A stretch of 64,000 nucleotides of DNA from Felis catus (lineage: Eukaryota), in contig NC_058368.1 in the NCBI RefSeq assembly GCF_018350175.1, positions 88,662,001 through 88,726,000 of the forward strand, read 5' to 3'. The position numbers and the translations under genes were made by a program. Shown here piece by piece: positions 13,201-25,279 of this stretch. Numbering within the stretch: position 1 is the first letter of the stretch; the number at the start of each line of letters is the position of its first letter. A model generated the notes under the pieces. It was not told the origin of the DNA, searched no databases, and worked only from the letters and a program-made list of their open reading frames with translations.

Positions 13201-14593
13201 CAAAGGACACCTGATATGATGCTTTTCTGGCCTCCTCCAGATATAGCTGCTTCCTTCCTGACACTGAGGAGGATGGCAGACCCCGGGAGCAGGAGAAAAT
13301 GTGAGTAGGCTGTACCCATGCTGGCGGGCCTTCCGTCTCCAAGAGGGCAGTGCTGAGACTGTGCGTGGGAGGGGCTGCAGGACCCAGCATCCCACACATC
13401 TGAGAGTCCTGTGAGAAGGCAAAGGTCTGAGGGCTTCTCCCTGGAAGCAAGGAAAGGGGTCCTGTCCTGTAGGTTAGAGGATAGGTTGTGGGCACAGTGA
13501 AACAGAAAAGGGCACCAGAAAACAGAGTCAGCCCCTTAGAGAGTCCAACCCCTTCCCTTCCCACTCACAGGCTTGCCTCCACCCCGTATGGGAGCCCAGA
13601 ATAAAGGTTTTGGGGAGCATCATGCTCACCACCTTGTGGAACATCAACAGTGTGTGCTTACTTAGCAAGGGTTCAGGAGACACAGTGAGGGCTCAAGGAC
13701 CACATATCACCCACACTATGGGAGACCAGTGTCAGTGGAAGGACACTCACATGTGCACTGAGTGAATGAGTCACCATATAGGCACAGGTCGTCATGTTTA
13801 AGGTATGAGGAGGGTCCAAAAAGCCCAAGTAAGAGACAGAGTCCCTTTGTCCCGTCGTTGTTCGGATTTTCATAGAGCGCTAGTATATTCAGTGAAGGCA
13901 CTGACTCATCCTGGCACCACCCCTCCACTCATGCACGGAATTGAATTCTAGCGGGAGGTAGGCAGGGGGACACACCAAAGAGTATGTCTGGCTTCCCCAA
14001 GAAGGACAGAGACGACCACATCATTGGTTAAGGGGTTCGCGTCAAATAGAATTTTGACAGTCCCTCTTCAGTGATCAGGACTCTCTCAGGCAGGACTTCT
14101 TCCAAATCACAGGTGGACAAGGTGTAGGAACAGCCTCTGGACATCCAGGATCAGGAGGCAAGGATGCCAGGTCCCACAGAGGTGTCCTGAGACATCAGAG
14201 TATTGGGAACACCCCATGTTGATTGTTCTGGCCACTTTTGTATCCCCAGGGCCTTCTCCATACTGGGCACCTGGCTGGACCAGTACCCCCAGGATTTTTT
14301 CCAGCCCCCACATTTCATCAGGCTGAAGATGCTGCAGGCATATGTAGGGGTCCACATTCCAGGCTCCAAACTGCAGTGCTGTGCCTGCCTTCTCTACTCA
14401 TCGTGGAGAAACCGTGAGCCCCAAGAGCCAGAGTCTTGGGGTGAGGAGGACTCTGAATGGGAGATGTGGGCATGTGGAGGGGATGGGGTATGCCACACAG
14501 AGCACGTTTCCTGCGGCTGCGGGTGGGCTAGAAGCAGTGCGTAGTATCAGATCACTGTTTGATTAGCATGCCATCTGGGGAGAATTCCTCCTG

Positions 14594-15604
14594 ATGGGTT
14601 GTTTGACTCAGATGACAATGTCTGCGGGAGAGGTTTCCTTTATTAGGAAGGGCCATGGAATGGCAATCACAGTGATGACAGTTTCAATTCTTGAAACTAA
14701 GGCACAAATTCCAGGGCAAGATCCAGACATCCCTCAGGAGCTAGCACCTGATATGTCTGTGGTGCCCGCTGCAGCTTCGCAGCCCAAGTTGGCTGAAGAC
14801 ACCACTCACCCTGGAGCTCAGCAATTAGAAGAATCAGTGACCCTCCATGCAGCATCCCTGCCAGTGCAGGTGTTAGTCGCAGCACTAATTCACTGTCAGG
14901 AGCTGGAAGAGCCACCTGCCCCTTTGGTGGACCCAGAACCTGAGCAGCCTCCATCTCCAGCTGTCGGGGTCATGGAAGGGCTGGAGCAACCACCTGCTGC
15001 AGCTTCGCAGCCCAAGCTGGCTGAAGACACCACTCATCCTGGAGCTCAGCAATTAGAAGAAGCAGTGACCCTCCCTACAGCTTCACCACAAGTGCGGGTG
15101 GTAGTCCCAGTTCTGATTCACTGTCAGGAGCTGGAAGAGCCACATGTCCCTTTGGAGGACCCAGAAGTTGAGCAGCCTTCAGCCCCAGCTGTCGGGGTCG
15201 CAGAAGGGCTGGATCAACCACCTGCTGCAGCTTTGCAGTGCAAACTGGCTAAGGACACCACTCATCCTAGAGCTCAGCACATAGAAGAGTTGAGCCTCCC
15301 TGCAGCGAACCCACCAGTGCAGGTTGTAGTCCCAGCTCTGATTCACTGTCAGGGGCTGGAAGAGCCACCTGCCCCGTTGGTGGACCCACAACCTGAGCAG
15401 CCTCCAGCCCCAGCTGGCGGGGGCATGGAAGGGCTGGAGCAACCACCTGCTGTAGCTGAGCAACCAGCCTTAGCTCCTGAGCAGCGGCTCATGTTGGCTG
15501 CAGCCCCAAAGGATGAATTCCCTTCCGCTGTCATTGCAGTCTTTCTAATTTTTGTGGTTTGTATAGAGATATTTAACGGCCTTATGTATTTTCTTTGTAA
15601 ATAA
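14594..15604 (+). CDS. Open 336-codon ORF spanning the terminal Pro/Glu-rich exon of RALGDS-like copy 2, with hydrophobic C-terminus (translation unproven)
   Basis: ORF track 14594..15604. It contains three 76/76/75-aa repeats and ends SAVIAVFLIFVVCIEIFNGLMYFLCK*. The stop overlaps AATAAA at 15600-15605. The start codon lies in what is intron in the ancestral structure. Confidence 0.35.
   Translation: MGCLTQMTMSAGEVSFIRKGHGMAITVMTVSILETKAQIPGQDPDIPQELAPDMSVVPAAASQPKLAEDTTHPGAQQLEESVTLHAASLPVQVLVAALIHCQELEEPPAPLVDPEPEQPPSPAVGVMEGLEQPPAAASQPKLAEDTTHPGAQQLEEAVTLPTASPQVRVVVPVLIHCQELEEPHVPLEDPEVEQPSAPAVGVAEGLDQPPAAALQCKLAKDTTHPRAQHIEELSLPAANPPVQVVVPALIHCQGLEEPPAPLVDPQPEQPPAPAGGGMEGLEQPPAVAEQPALAPEQRLMLAAAPKDEFPSAVIAVFLIFVVCIEIFNGLMYFLCK
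14768..15448 (+). repeat. In-frame tandem repeat, 3 units of 228/228/225 bp
   Basis: Unit starts gctgcagct at 14768, 14996 and 15224. Copy 1 has a single 228-bp unit (2592-2819). Confidence 0.95.
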
Positions 15605-15627
15605 AACATAAATTAACTTCAAATAAA
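15600..15627 (+). terminator. Candidate polyadenylation signals (AATAAA at 15600-15605 and 15622-15627)
   Basis: Hexamers sit at and just after the stop codon. The first is conserved in copy 1 (2968-2973). Confidence 0.5.
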
Positions 15628-18049
15628 ATTTTACTCTGATCCTTTGAAATTATAAATCAAGTGTCATTACATACCTTCACAGGAATTTACAACCGTGTCC
15701 ACTATGTATTCCTAGAACATTTCCATCACACAGACACGTGTACTACCAATCACCATGGCTCATTCCCTCACCTCAGTCTCTGCAACCACCGATATCGGTT
15801 TCTGCTGCTTTAGCTCCTCCAAAATTTTCAGGTGTGTGCAAAAATACAACATGGCCTGTTGTGTCTGGCTACATAACATGAGAGTGATTAATAATTCATT
15901 AAAAATTCAATGAAACTAATATTTTTATGACAGAGGAATACCCACCAAAGAACAAAGATTATGTCAAGCTCCTTACTTGGAATATCTTCATTATCTGGCA
16001 TGGGGACACTTTGAGGTTTGACACAAGACCAGAAGCCAGAAGAGAAATGTCTGGACCAGAGAGATACCTTGAAAATGTTTCATTTTCCTGGACCGGCCAT
16101 GTTGATATTGGTCTAATGTGCATATTATAAAAATACCTAAGTGAAATATTCAATATTCCATTTATGCTAATCTATTAGGCAATAAAGTACAAGGATCTTA
16201 AAGGTTTTCTGCAGGGGACGTTTATGTAGTAAACTAAAGATTTAAATAATGAGGACAGGCACCAAGGTGGCTCAATCGTTTGAGTTTCCGAGTTGAATTT
16301 GGCTCAGGTCATGATCTCATGGCTCTTGAGATCAAGTCCCAAGTCAGGCTCCGCAATGACAGCTTGAAGCCCTGGTCAGGATTCTCCTTCTCGCTCTTTC
16401 CAAATAAATAAATATGAAAAAAAATAAATAAATACAAATAAACGCGGAGAAAATTTTATATTCTTCAAAGAAATAATCGCCCATAAGACATGGTGTCATC
16501 TTCCCAGTCGTTTTGCTTTGAGTGCAGCAGGTGTCTGTGTTTGGGTCTATGAGTAGTGTGACAGGTTGGGCGTGGAAGGATCCAGGATTATGATCTTGTA
16601 GTACGTGATGTCCCCACAGTGGACAGGCACAGTCCTGTCCCCTTCTGCATTCTCAGTGGCCACACATCATCATCTACTCTGCGTCTCCAGAAGCTGAATG
16701 ACTGGGCCAATTCCAATACTTTGACTCTCATCATTGTACAGAACGGTACATGTGTACTGTAAATCTCTCTTTCTTTATTAGGCTTGTACACCTAGCACAA
16801 CTTTTGGAACATAATTCATATGCATTTTGCGGGTGCTGCCTCCAGTTTCCAATATCTACAGTCTCTTTATTATGTTGGGGCCTTATGTGAAAAGCAGGGA
16901 CCCCCCGGGACTGACTGGATACCTGAAGAATTAGGAGGACAAGCCAGCACTGAGGCCATCAGGGTACCGAGGAGTGACCCATGGGGCAGGAAAGAAACCA
17001 CATTCCCTCACTGTGATCTCCTGCACAGCATCCCTGCCCCATGTCCCGGAACACACTCGTCCAGGCCCCATCCCATGACAAACCCCAGCCACCTGTGTGC
17101 CTCCTGTTCCATAGCTCTGCTTCTCAGTAGAGCAGCCAGTCCCTGCTTTCAGGCCAGTGGAGGATGCAGCCTGGGCCACTGCTGTCTTCTTGCTGGCCCT
17201 CCACCCAGGCTGGGTCCCTTACTCTCAGGAAAGTACCTGTAAGTGCAGGTCAGGTCAATGAGTTAAAGACCATGACCTGAATGTGTTCATCCTGAGGATT
17301 CAGTGGCAACAGCAAGAACCACTTGAGCCTCCACAAGCAAGAGAGTCTTTTACAAAGCACACCAGGAGCTCAAGGAGCCTGCAGGATGGAGACTCAGTCA
17401 ACGGTTTGATACCGAGTAAAGCCACTCCACGCTTCAGGCTCCTCCAGCAGTGAAGCCCTGCACCTGCCAGCCCCATCTTTGGGGAACAGTGACTTTGTCA
17501 TGAGCAGCCACACAGCACCCTCTGGTGACCACAAGACACACAGGAATACTGCAGGGCTCCCTGATCTCTCAGCGAAGAAAGTGCCATTCCAACTTAGACA
17601 TCCTCAGAGCATTCCAGGCAGATCAGAAACAACTCTGTAAAACTCAATGATTTTGAGGTGCCTTTCAAGAACTCTATGAAAAATATAGGTCTCTTCCCAA
17701 TGGCAGTATTCTGAGATGAATTCACTGAACGTTTGAGTCAGGCACTGGGTTCCAGGACAGAAAATAGAGACAAGGTGGCTACCTCCCAAGATGCACAGGG
17801 TGTGTTGTGGGAATGTGTTGGGAAGTATATGTCTATGTCACAGCTCTCTGTGTCTGGTTAAACAAAACATATATCCAAACAAACCTTATTTATGGACCTG
17901 GGTGGCACAGTCAGTGAAGCATCTGACTTTGGCTCAGGTTGTGATCTCATGAATTGTATTCTGAGTCCTGCATTGGGCTCTGTGCTGACAACTCAGAGTC
18001 TGGAGCCTGCTTCAGAATCTGTGCCTCTCTTTCTTTCAGCTCTTCCCCA

Positions 18050-18101
<52 letters not shown>

Positions 18102-21016
18102 ACCTCCCTCTCAAGAGTAAATAAACATAGAAAACTTAAAAAAGAAAATAATGAATTTAACCAAGAAGATGAAAGACCTCTTTACTGAAAACCAGAAATC
18201 AGTGGAGAAAGAAGTTGAAGGACGGAAATAAGCAGAAAGACATTCTATGCTAGTGGATCCCAAGAATTAAGATGGTCAAAGTGTCCACACTACTTAAAGC
18301 CATCTACACATTCCCTAGGTGCAGTCCCTATCAAAGTTTAAGCACATCTCCAAAAACAGAATAATCCTTCAATGAGGACAGAACCACAAAAGGCCCTGAA
18401 TAGCCAAAGTCACTTTGAGAAGGAAGAACACAGCTGGAAGCATCATGCTTTCTAATATTAAACTAGATCTCAAAGCTACAATAACCCAAGCACTATGGTA
18501 TTGGTGTTAAAACAGACACACAGATCATTGGAACAGAACTGAAGGCCCAGAAAGAAACCCACGCATAGGTAGCCAATTAATTTACAACAAAAGAACCAAG
18601 AATATAACATGAGGAAAAGGCAGTCTCCTCAATAGCTGGTGTCAGAAACCCTGGGCACAGAAAAACAACATGCACAGAAAAACAACTTGACATGTATTTA
18701 ACACCACACACAGAAACGAAGTCAAAATGTATTAAAGACTTAAGACCTAAAACCAGAAAAATACCGGATAAAAACTTGGGCAGAAGGTGTGGGAAATCGC
18801 ACAATACTGTCCTGAGTTAGGAGATTATAGGGAATGCTTTGCAAAGCAGATCACTGCTCTCTGGCCTTGCTGCAAACAGCCAGCATCAGTTCACTTACCT
18901 AGTTGGTGGGCCCCTGGGGGGTAGGCTAGACTACGCTGATCTATGTGTATGTAGGGTGTATGTAGATGTGTATGTGTATGTAGGGTGTATGTAGATGTGT
19001 ATGTAAGGGTTGGGTTCTGCACGTGCTCACAAAGTCCTTAGATCATGTTGTTGCATGGAATATTTTATCCTGTCTAAATTTGGTTTGCACCATGTCTTTA
19101 ATACATTCTTTCCAGCATGCGGCCCACTGACGTGTTGCACATTGTTTGTATATTTAATGACTACAGGAGCTTGAGAGCAGCTCACGGAGACGTCCCTTAA
19201 ACTCCCTGTCGCCTCTCTTGACTTGCATGGAGTTTTAAGCAATCCTTTCTGCTGCCCTTGGCTTTGCTGGACAAAGCCAAGTGCTGAACCCATGAAAATG
19301 TTTTTGATCTCAGTCTTGACACTGAGTTTTGGGATTTGACACCAGAAGCCAAACCTACAAAGGAAAAATAAAGAAGTGGGACTACATGAAACTAAAAAAA
19401 CAAGTTCTGCACAGCAAAAATATCTTCAACAGAATGAAAAGGCAACATAGTGAATGGAGAAAATACTTGCAAACTACATACATGGTAAAGGGTTGATAGA
19501 CAAAAGATATAAAGAACTCCTACAGCACAACAATGCAAAAGCAAAGAGCAATTATGAAACTGGCAGAGTCCTGAAGAGGCATTTTTCCAATGAAGCCATA
19601 CAGATGGCCAGCACATACATGAAGAGATGTGCAATGTCACTCCACATTAGGGAAATGAAAAGCCAAAAGCAAAGAGATATCACCTGAAACCTGTCTGAAT
19701 GATCTTATCAAAAAGACAGGAAATTACAAGTGTTGGGTAAAATGTGGAGGAAAGCGAATCATTGTGCTCTGTTGCTGGGATTGGAACTTGGTGCAGCGGC
19801 AGTCGAAAACAATATAAAGTTTCCTCAAAAAATTCAAACTAGAACATCCATAGCATCCAGCAATTTCCCTCAATAACCCTCCTAGGTATTACTCAGAACA
19901 CATGAAATCACTAACTCCCCAAAATACCTTCACACCTGTATTATGCCACATTGTTTATAATAGCCTGGAGGGCATTATGCTAAGTGAAATAAATCACACA
20001 GAGAAAGACAAGTACCAAATGCTCTCACATATATGTGAAAACTGAAACAGAAAATAAGAAATCAAAATACAAAAATTCTCAAAACATAATAAAACAAACC
20101 CATAAATACATAAAGCTGATTGCAAAGGTGAGGGGCAGGAAGGAGGGAAATAGGTTAAAGGGCAAAAGGCATCAGCGAATAAAAAAAGACCATGTCAACA
20201 GGGAAATAGAGAGTAAATATGACTTCAATAGCTCAAATTCTAGCTTCCTCTATTTCAAAGACCTTAGTTCATTCCATTACATTCACCAGACCTACCTGAA
20301 TAATAAGGAATTATTATGACTCGGCAGTTTTTGAAAGATGATTTCTTTACTTCCTATTTCATATCAAAAAGGACAGAGTGCTTAGATTACTAGCTATGTC
20401 AGATTTTCAATTATTTTTATGGTTTATTGAAGGATCATTATGTCGCAAAAATCTCCTTAGATCTAAGTGGACACTCTCGTCACTCTTAACATATGTACAT
20501 ACCACTAAAACAGTACAATAAAGGTAAGGCACATTGTCCATCACACAAAAGTTATTTTTTTCTCCTTGTTGTAGTGAGCCTTTTGTGATGAAAACGTTTC
20601 GGGTATCAAGCACATGTATCAAATTCCATGCGATGGGATATGAAGAATATAGTCATCATGGTAATTATGAAAATAATGATATTCAAGATAATCATAATCT
20701 CCTTGATTCCTGAGACAGACAACTCACCCCCCAGGGACAAAACAGATGCTTAGGAGCGTGAGCTGCTAAAAGTGGCCTACACCACACCATCTTACTGAAA
20801 ACATAAAAGTACCAGTCATCTTGATATGTAAGTTTGTGAAAGCCTCTGCTCTTAGGTTTTTGCTTTCAGTGAGGTCACGGTGCTGCCTTCAGGATGTTTT
20901 CAACCTTTGAGACAGGATTGGAACACTCTATTGAAATGAGAAATTCTATGCAACAAAACAGTCTTTGGAAAGAACTGGGTTCCTAACGCAGTCCGGACTA
21001 CATACAGGCCACAGCA

Positions 21017-21018
<2 letters not shown>

Positions 21019-21048
<30 letters not shown>
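21019..21048. repeat. (CA)n microsatellite
   Basis: Direct observation. Similar tracts occur at 10218-10266, 24418-24444, 41082-41122 and 52226-52264, plus (TA)n at 38555-38603. Confidence 0.95.
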
Positions 21049-21049
<1 letters not shown>

Positions 21050-24000
21050 AACAACCTGGGAGAGGTAGAACCCATGGAATGAAAGAGCATTTGCTCAAGA
21101 GCTGATTTCAAAAGGAGGCTGAGAGGCAAGCACTGGTTGCTCAAGTACACATGCACTGGTTTCTAGGGACACGGTGGGCTCAGAGTCACTTCTCCCTTGT
21201 GCTGCCTGGTGAGTCGCAGAGGAGATGTGATTCCTAAGGTCTGAAACTCTTGAAACACGGAATGAATGCAAGAGAGGAGGCGCTCCACAGAGACATGAAG
21301 CACCATGCCCCACAGATATGAAGAGCAAAACCGACAAGTCTGCCTGGAACAAGGAGCTTTTCCATCCACCTTCCTTGGGAGAGTACGAAGAAGACGTTCC
21401 CACCCCACATTTTCCAAAACTGATCTTGTACTGAATCCCAAAACCCCAGTCCTCTCCAGCACACAACTCCAAGTAGGAAAGAGTCTGGACCACCCTCTAA
21501 AAGAAAGGAGCTCCACGTGTTCATCGCCCATTTGCTTTGAGTTCATTGATTGAAAGTAAATTGCCTTCAGAAATGAAGAGCACAACAGGGAGTTGCACAA
21601 CCCCTAATTCAGACTCCCCACCCCATAGTCCCATTAACTCCCATGTTAGAGGACTGCCTTTAGCAAAAAGCAGCGTGGGATCTCCCCACCCCATCAGAGG
21701 GTGCAACTTTGCCACCAGGGGCGGGGCAGGGCAGGGGGTGTGCAGGGGGGAGGCAGGAGGCTTGTGTTCACCTGCAGCTTCCGCTCTACATCACTTCAAC
21801 AAGTTCCCTGGCTGGGCTCCAGCAACTCAGGCCCACTACCCTGACTCTCCCTGGAATGTTTCCTTGCACACTGAGGTCCCTGCGCTTCATTTTCACAGGC
21901 AGGAATGTTTCGTCCTGCTCATAGCTGTGACTTCCCTGGCTCTGCCTTGACATTTCCCCACAACCGCAGGTCCACGCATTCATGCCTTCGCACCTCCACC
22001 CTCCAGCCACCAACCCAGTCAGACCTCAAGGGCACTCAGGGAGCACCCCCCCCCCCCCCGTACCTGTGCCTCTCCCCACCACTGGAACCTAACCCCCCAC
22101 TCGATCTCGGCGCCCTCCTCCTCCAGGGAACCAGGGTAAAACCCATAAAGGTCACTCCTGAGTCCTCCAGACCTCAGCCAGAAAGGAGCGCAAGAAGAAT
22201 CCAGTAGTACGAGGGGGTGGGGGCTGGGGATGGAAGGGGAAGACAGAGAGGGGCAGGGGGAAGGCCACATAGGACCGTGTCACGAGGATCCCTATCTTGG
22301 CAGCACCACGACTGAGGCAGGTCCTGGAGAGAGGCTGTGGGTCTCAGCTGCTCCACCTTTAGGCTTCTTGCATATGGTCTTTCAGGGGCGCCTGGGGGCA
22401 TCGCATCGCCCTCAGCCCCTGGCAGTGTTGGCGCTCCAGGAGTGCAGCTGCAGCCTGGAGGCGCCTTTGGGAGTTGATCCTGCCAATTGGCCTCTGCCTC
22501 CAGGAGCTTCAGGAGCAGCAGGGCCACTACCCTCCTGGGCTGGAGGCTCATGGCTCCCAGTCCTCTGTGAGTGCCCCGCTACCACTACCTCCACAGCTAC
22601 CTGGATGCAGGCACCAGGCAGCAGCATGTCCCCGGCGGGGGAGTGGGGTGGGCATCAGCCCCTGGCTGGCTGAGAGACTTGGGAGCTTGGGCGGCAGGTG
22701 GTCTGGGAGCCAGGACACACAGAACAGCTGCAGCTTGAGCTGTGTCCCTCACCGGGCTCAGTACCTGGCCCACACGTCTGCGCGCAGCCATGGGCTCGCT
22801 CCCGCACACCCGCTTGGATCTGGGATCCAAGACCCCCGACCTCCCACAGAGGGCACAGCTGCTGGGCGCCAGGGTCTGCAACACCACACCTAGGTGCGCC
22901 CACCAGGTGGTATGACCGCCTGCCCGCCAACCTGACAGCCAGGAGCCAGGGAGAGGGCTCCAGAGACCAGACTAATGGGAGAGGGACTGTCAGGTGTCTC
23001 TTCCCCCGGTGGAGACCTCCTTGTCACCTCTGAAGAGACCCAGGAAGGTTTTGAAAAGCTGATTTCGCAGGGAGGTGGCTGTACATGAACCTAGTGCTCC
23101 CTCTTGCATCCTAGGCCCCTGTGTTTGTTCTTCACTCTCCCTCAGGTTCCTGCAAACCATGGACATCTGCAGCTGTGCACCCTCCCCACTTGGGACCCGT
23201 GACCGAAACAGCAGCCCTCAGGGACAGGGAGACACACTGGGAATACGAGACTCCTTCCACCTCCCTTCTCCTTGAAATGTTAGTGCTTTTCAGCTCTGCA
23301 TGCCCTTCCCATGGCCCTACCTGGACTACACCACCATTGGTCCCACCCTCAAGTCCAACCTGCCACTGCTGACTTTGTCATGTCCTTCAACTCTGTGGAA
23401 CCGTCTTTCCACCTCCACTACCTCCCACCCCCCATGTTTTCTTCACAATGTGCCTCAGATCCCAACTCATCCGTGTGATTTTTCTTTTCTTTTTTTTCAA
23501 TTATTTTTTCAATGTTTACTTATTTTGGCGACAGAGAGAGACAGGACATCCTACATGCGATTTTTCAACAAGCGTCTATTGAACGTGCAAGGTGTACCAG
23601 ACCCTGATCTGGAGGGCCAGTGTGCAGAGGTGGGCAAGAAAACTTATGCCTGAGGTTTCAAGGGTAGCCACAGGACTACCATACAGGGTGAGGAGGAGTA
23701 GAGAGACCAAGTAGTCAAGGGATTATACGAAAGGAGCATCAAGGGCACGGACCTACACAGCACTGGAAGGAGAGCAGGGAGTCACGGAAATATGGATCAT
23801 TGAAGGCTAGTCCCAATGTCCAGCCTTCATCACATGTCCTCACCTGAGGACTTGCAAATAGGCACCCCCAGACTGGACCTGTTAGAAGCAGGACTTACAG
23901 GAAAAGCACAAGACTTGTCTGTGGACTTCATTGTCATGGTAAGGGCACCATCACACAAGCCCACCAAGGGACTCTGGACTCTGGCAACTCTGACTTACTG

Positions 24001-24415
24001 TGTACAATGAGGACTTGTTAAGACTCTTTCAAGGGCACAAGTGAAGAGAAAACTAAGCCACAAGCCTAAGAGAATAGAGATGCAAAACCTTTCTCCCCCC
24101 AGGGGCAATGTAAATGATCTCATGCTATACAAACGCAAGAAACCTCTGCTAGCTTTAGAAACTTCACCAGTTTTCTGCCTCATTTATCAGTCTCATCCCA
24201 GAAGTAGACCCCCACTTCATTGGCTCTATACAGACCATTCGCCTGCATTCTCCTTGGAAGCAGCTTCCTACCTACCAGAACCCTGACGGGGGTCTCCATG
24301 TCATGGCACATATTCATATGTAGGTGAATGACGTTTCCATTTCATTTTGAACACTATGCTGATGCCTCCCTCCTGGCTCTGTATCTCCACTGAGAAGACT
24401 GTTTGCTGAGTTTAC

Positions 24416-24446
<31 letters not shown>

Positions 24447-25065
24447 ATATATGTTCTTTATCACTATGTAGGGCTCCCTAGTGTGGATGGAATGCTTTGT
24501 TTATCCATTCGAGGGACATTTTGTTTGCTTCCAGTGGTTTGGCTATTACACATTACCCCGCAGTGAACATTTGTGCCCAGTGTTTTGTGGGATTTTAAGT
24601 TTAAATTCTCTGGGATAAATAAATGTCCAGGAACCTGACCGCTAGGTTGTAGGGTTTATGTTCAGCTATCAAATTGTCTTACCACAGTGGCTGTGCTATT
24701 TACATTCCCACCAGTAATGCATGAGAGAGCCGCCTCTTTCCAACGTTTTATCTTTTCACTGTTTTAGTTGAACCAGCTCTTCTAACAGGCGGGGAGTGAT
24801 TACTCAGTCAGTTGTCATATGTATTTACCTCACGGCTAGTGATGTATAACATTTTCTCATGTGCTTATGCCACCTGTATGTTATCTTTGCTGAAATGTTT
24901 CTTCATGTCTTTTGCCCATTTCCTATTTGGAAAATGTTTTCCTTCTTATTTTTTGTTGCATTCTGAATTTTTTTATACTGTGTAGATACAAGTTCTTTGT
25001 CACATGTGTGGTTTGCAAACATGTTCGCCTTGTGTATAGCTTGTATTTTTATCCTATTAACAGGA

Positions 25066-25272
25066 TTTTTTTAATGTTTATTTATTTATTTTTGAGAGAG
25101 ACAGAGTGCAAGTGGGGGAGGGGCAGAGAGAGGGGAGACACAGAATCTGAAGCAGGCTCCAGGCTCTGAGCTGTCAGCACAGAGACAGATGCAGGGCTCA
25201 AATTCATGAACAAGGAGATCTTGACCTGAGTTAAAGTCGGACACTTAATGGACTGAGCCACTCAGGCACCCC
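25066..25272 (-). mobile_element. CAN-SINE
   Basis: tttttaatgtttatttatttattttgagagag ... actgagccactcaggcacccc. Confidence 0.93.
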
Positions 25273-25279
25273 TACATTA

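Larger units (their letters stand above)
10824..15627 (+). pseudogene. RALGDS-like pseudogene, copy 2; exons 10824-10977 (ATG 10840), 11393-11503, 12457-12636, 13241-13300, 14250-14440, ~14697-15627
   Basis: Exon reads: MFSCCFPSYQGSGYQKPQ...; a 111-bp exon SHTSEMVEKVNDESPCSTSLKD...QSWPR (size and phase of RALGDS exon 2); RVEHLVPAFLGRDPTYLCTFLGM*RAFATTQQVLDLLFKR; YSCFLPDTEEDGRPREQEK; AFSILGTWLDQYPQDFFQPP. Splice phases are compatible. Lesions: TGA 10969-10971, 20-bp deletion giving TGA 12466-12468, TAG 12587-12589, last acceptor AG>AA at 14695-14696. Confidence 0.93.
8172..20574. repeat. Tandem segmental duplication, copy 2 (apparently complete unit)
   Basis: 12178-20574 aligns by eye to 1-8171. 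8172-12177 holds the 5' exons of the same gene family, so it is inferred to be the unit's 5' part. Confidence 0.9.

Noticed and set aside
14768..15448. CRISPR-like or other spacer array
   Set aside because: The units are contiguous 228-bp coding-type repeats without unique spacers, in mammalian DNA.
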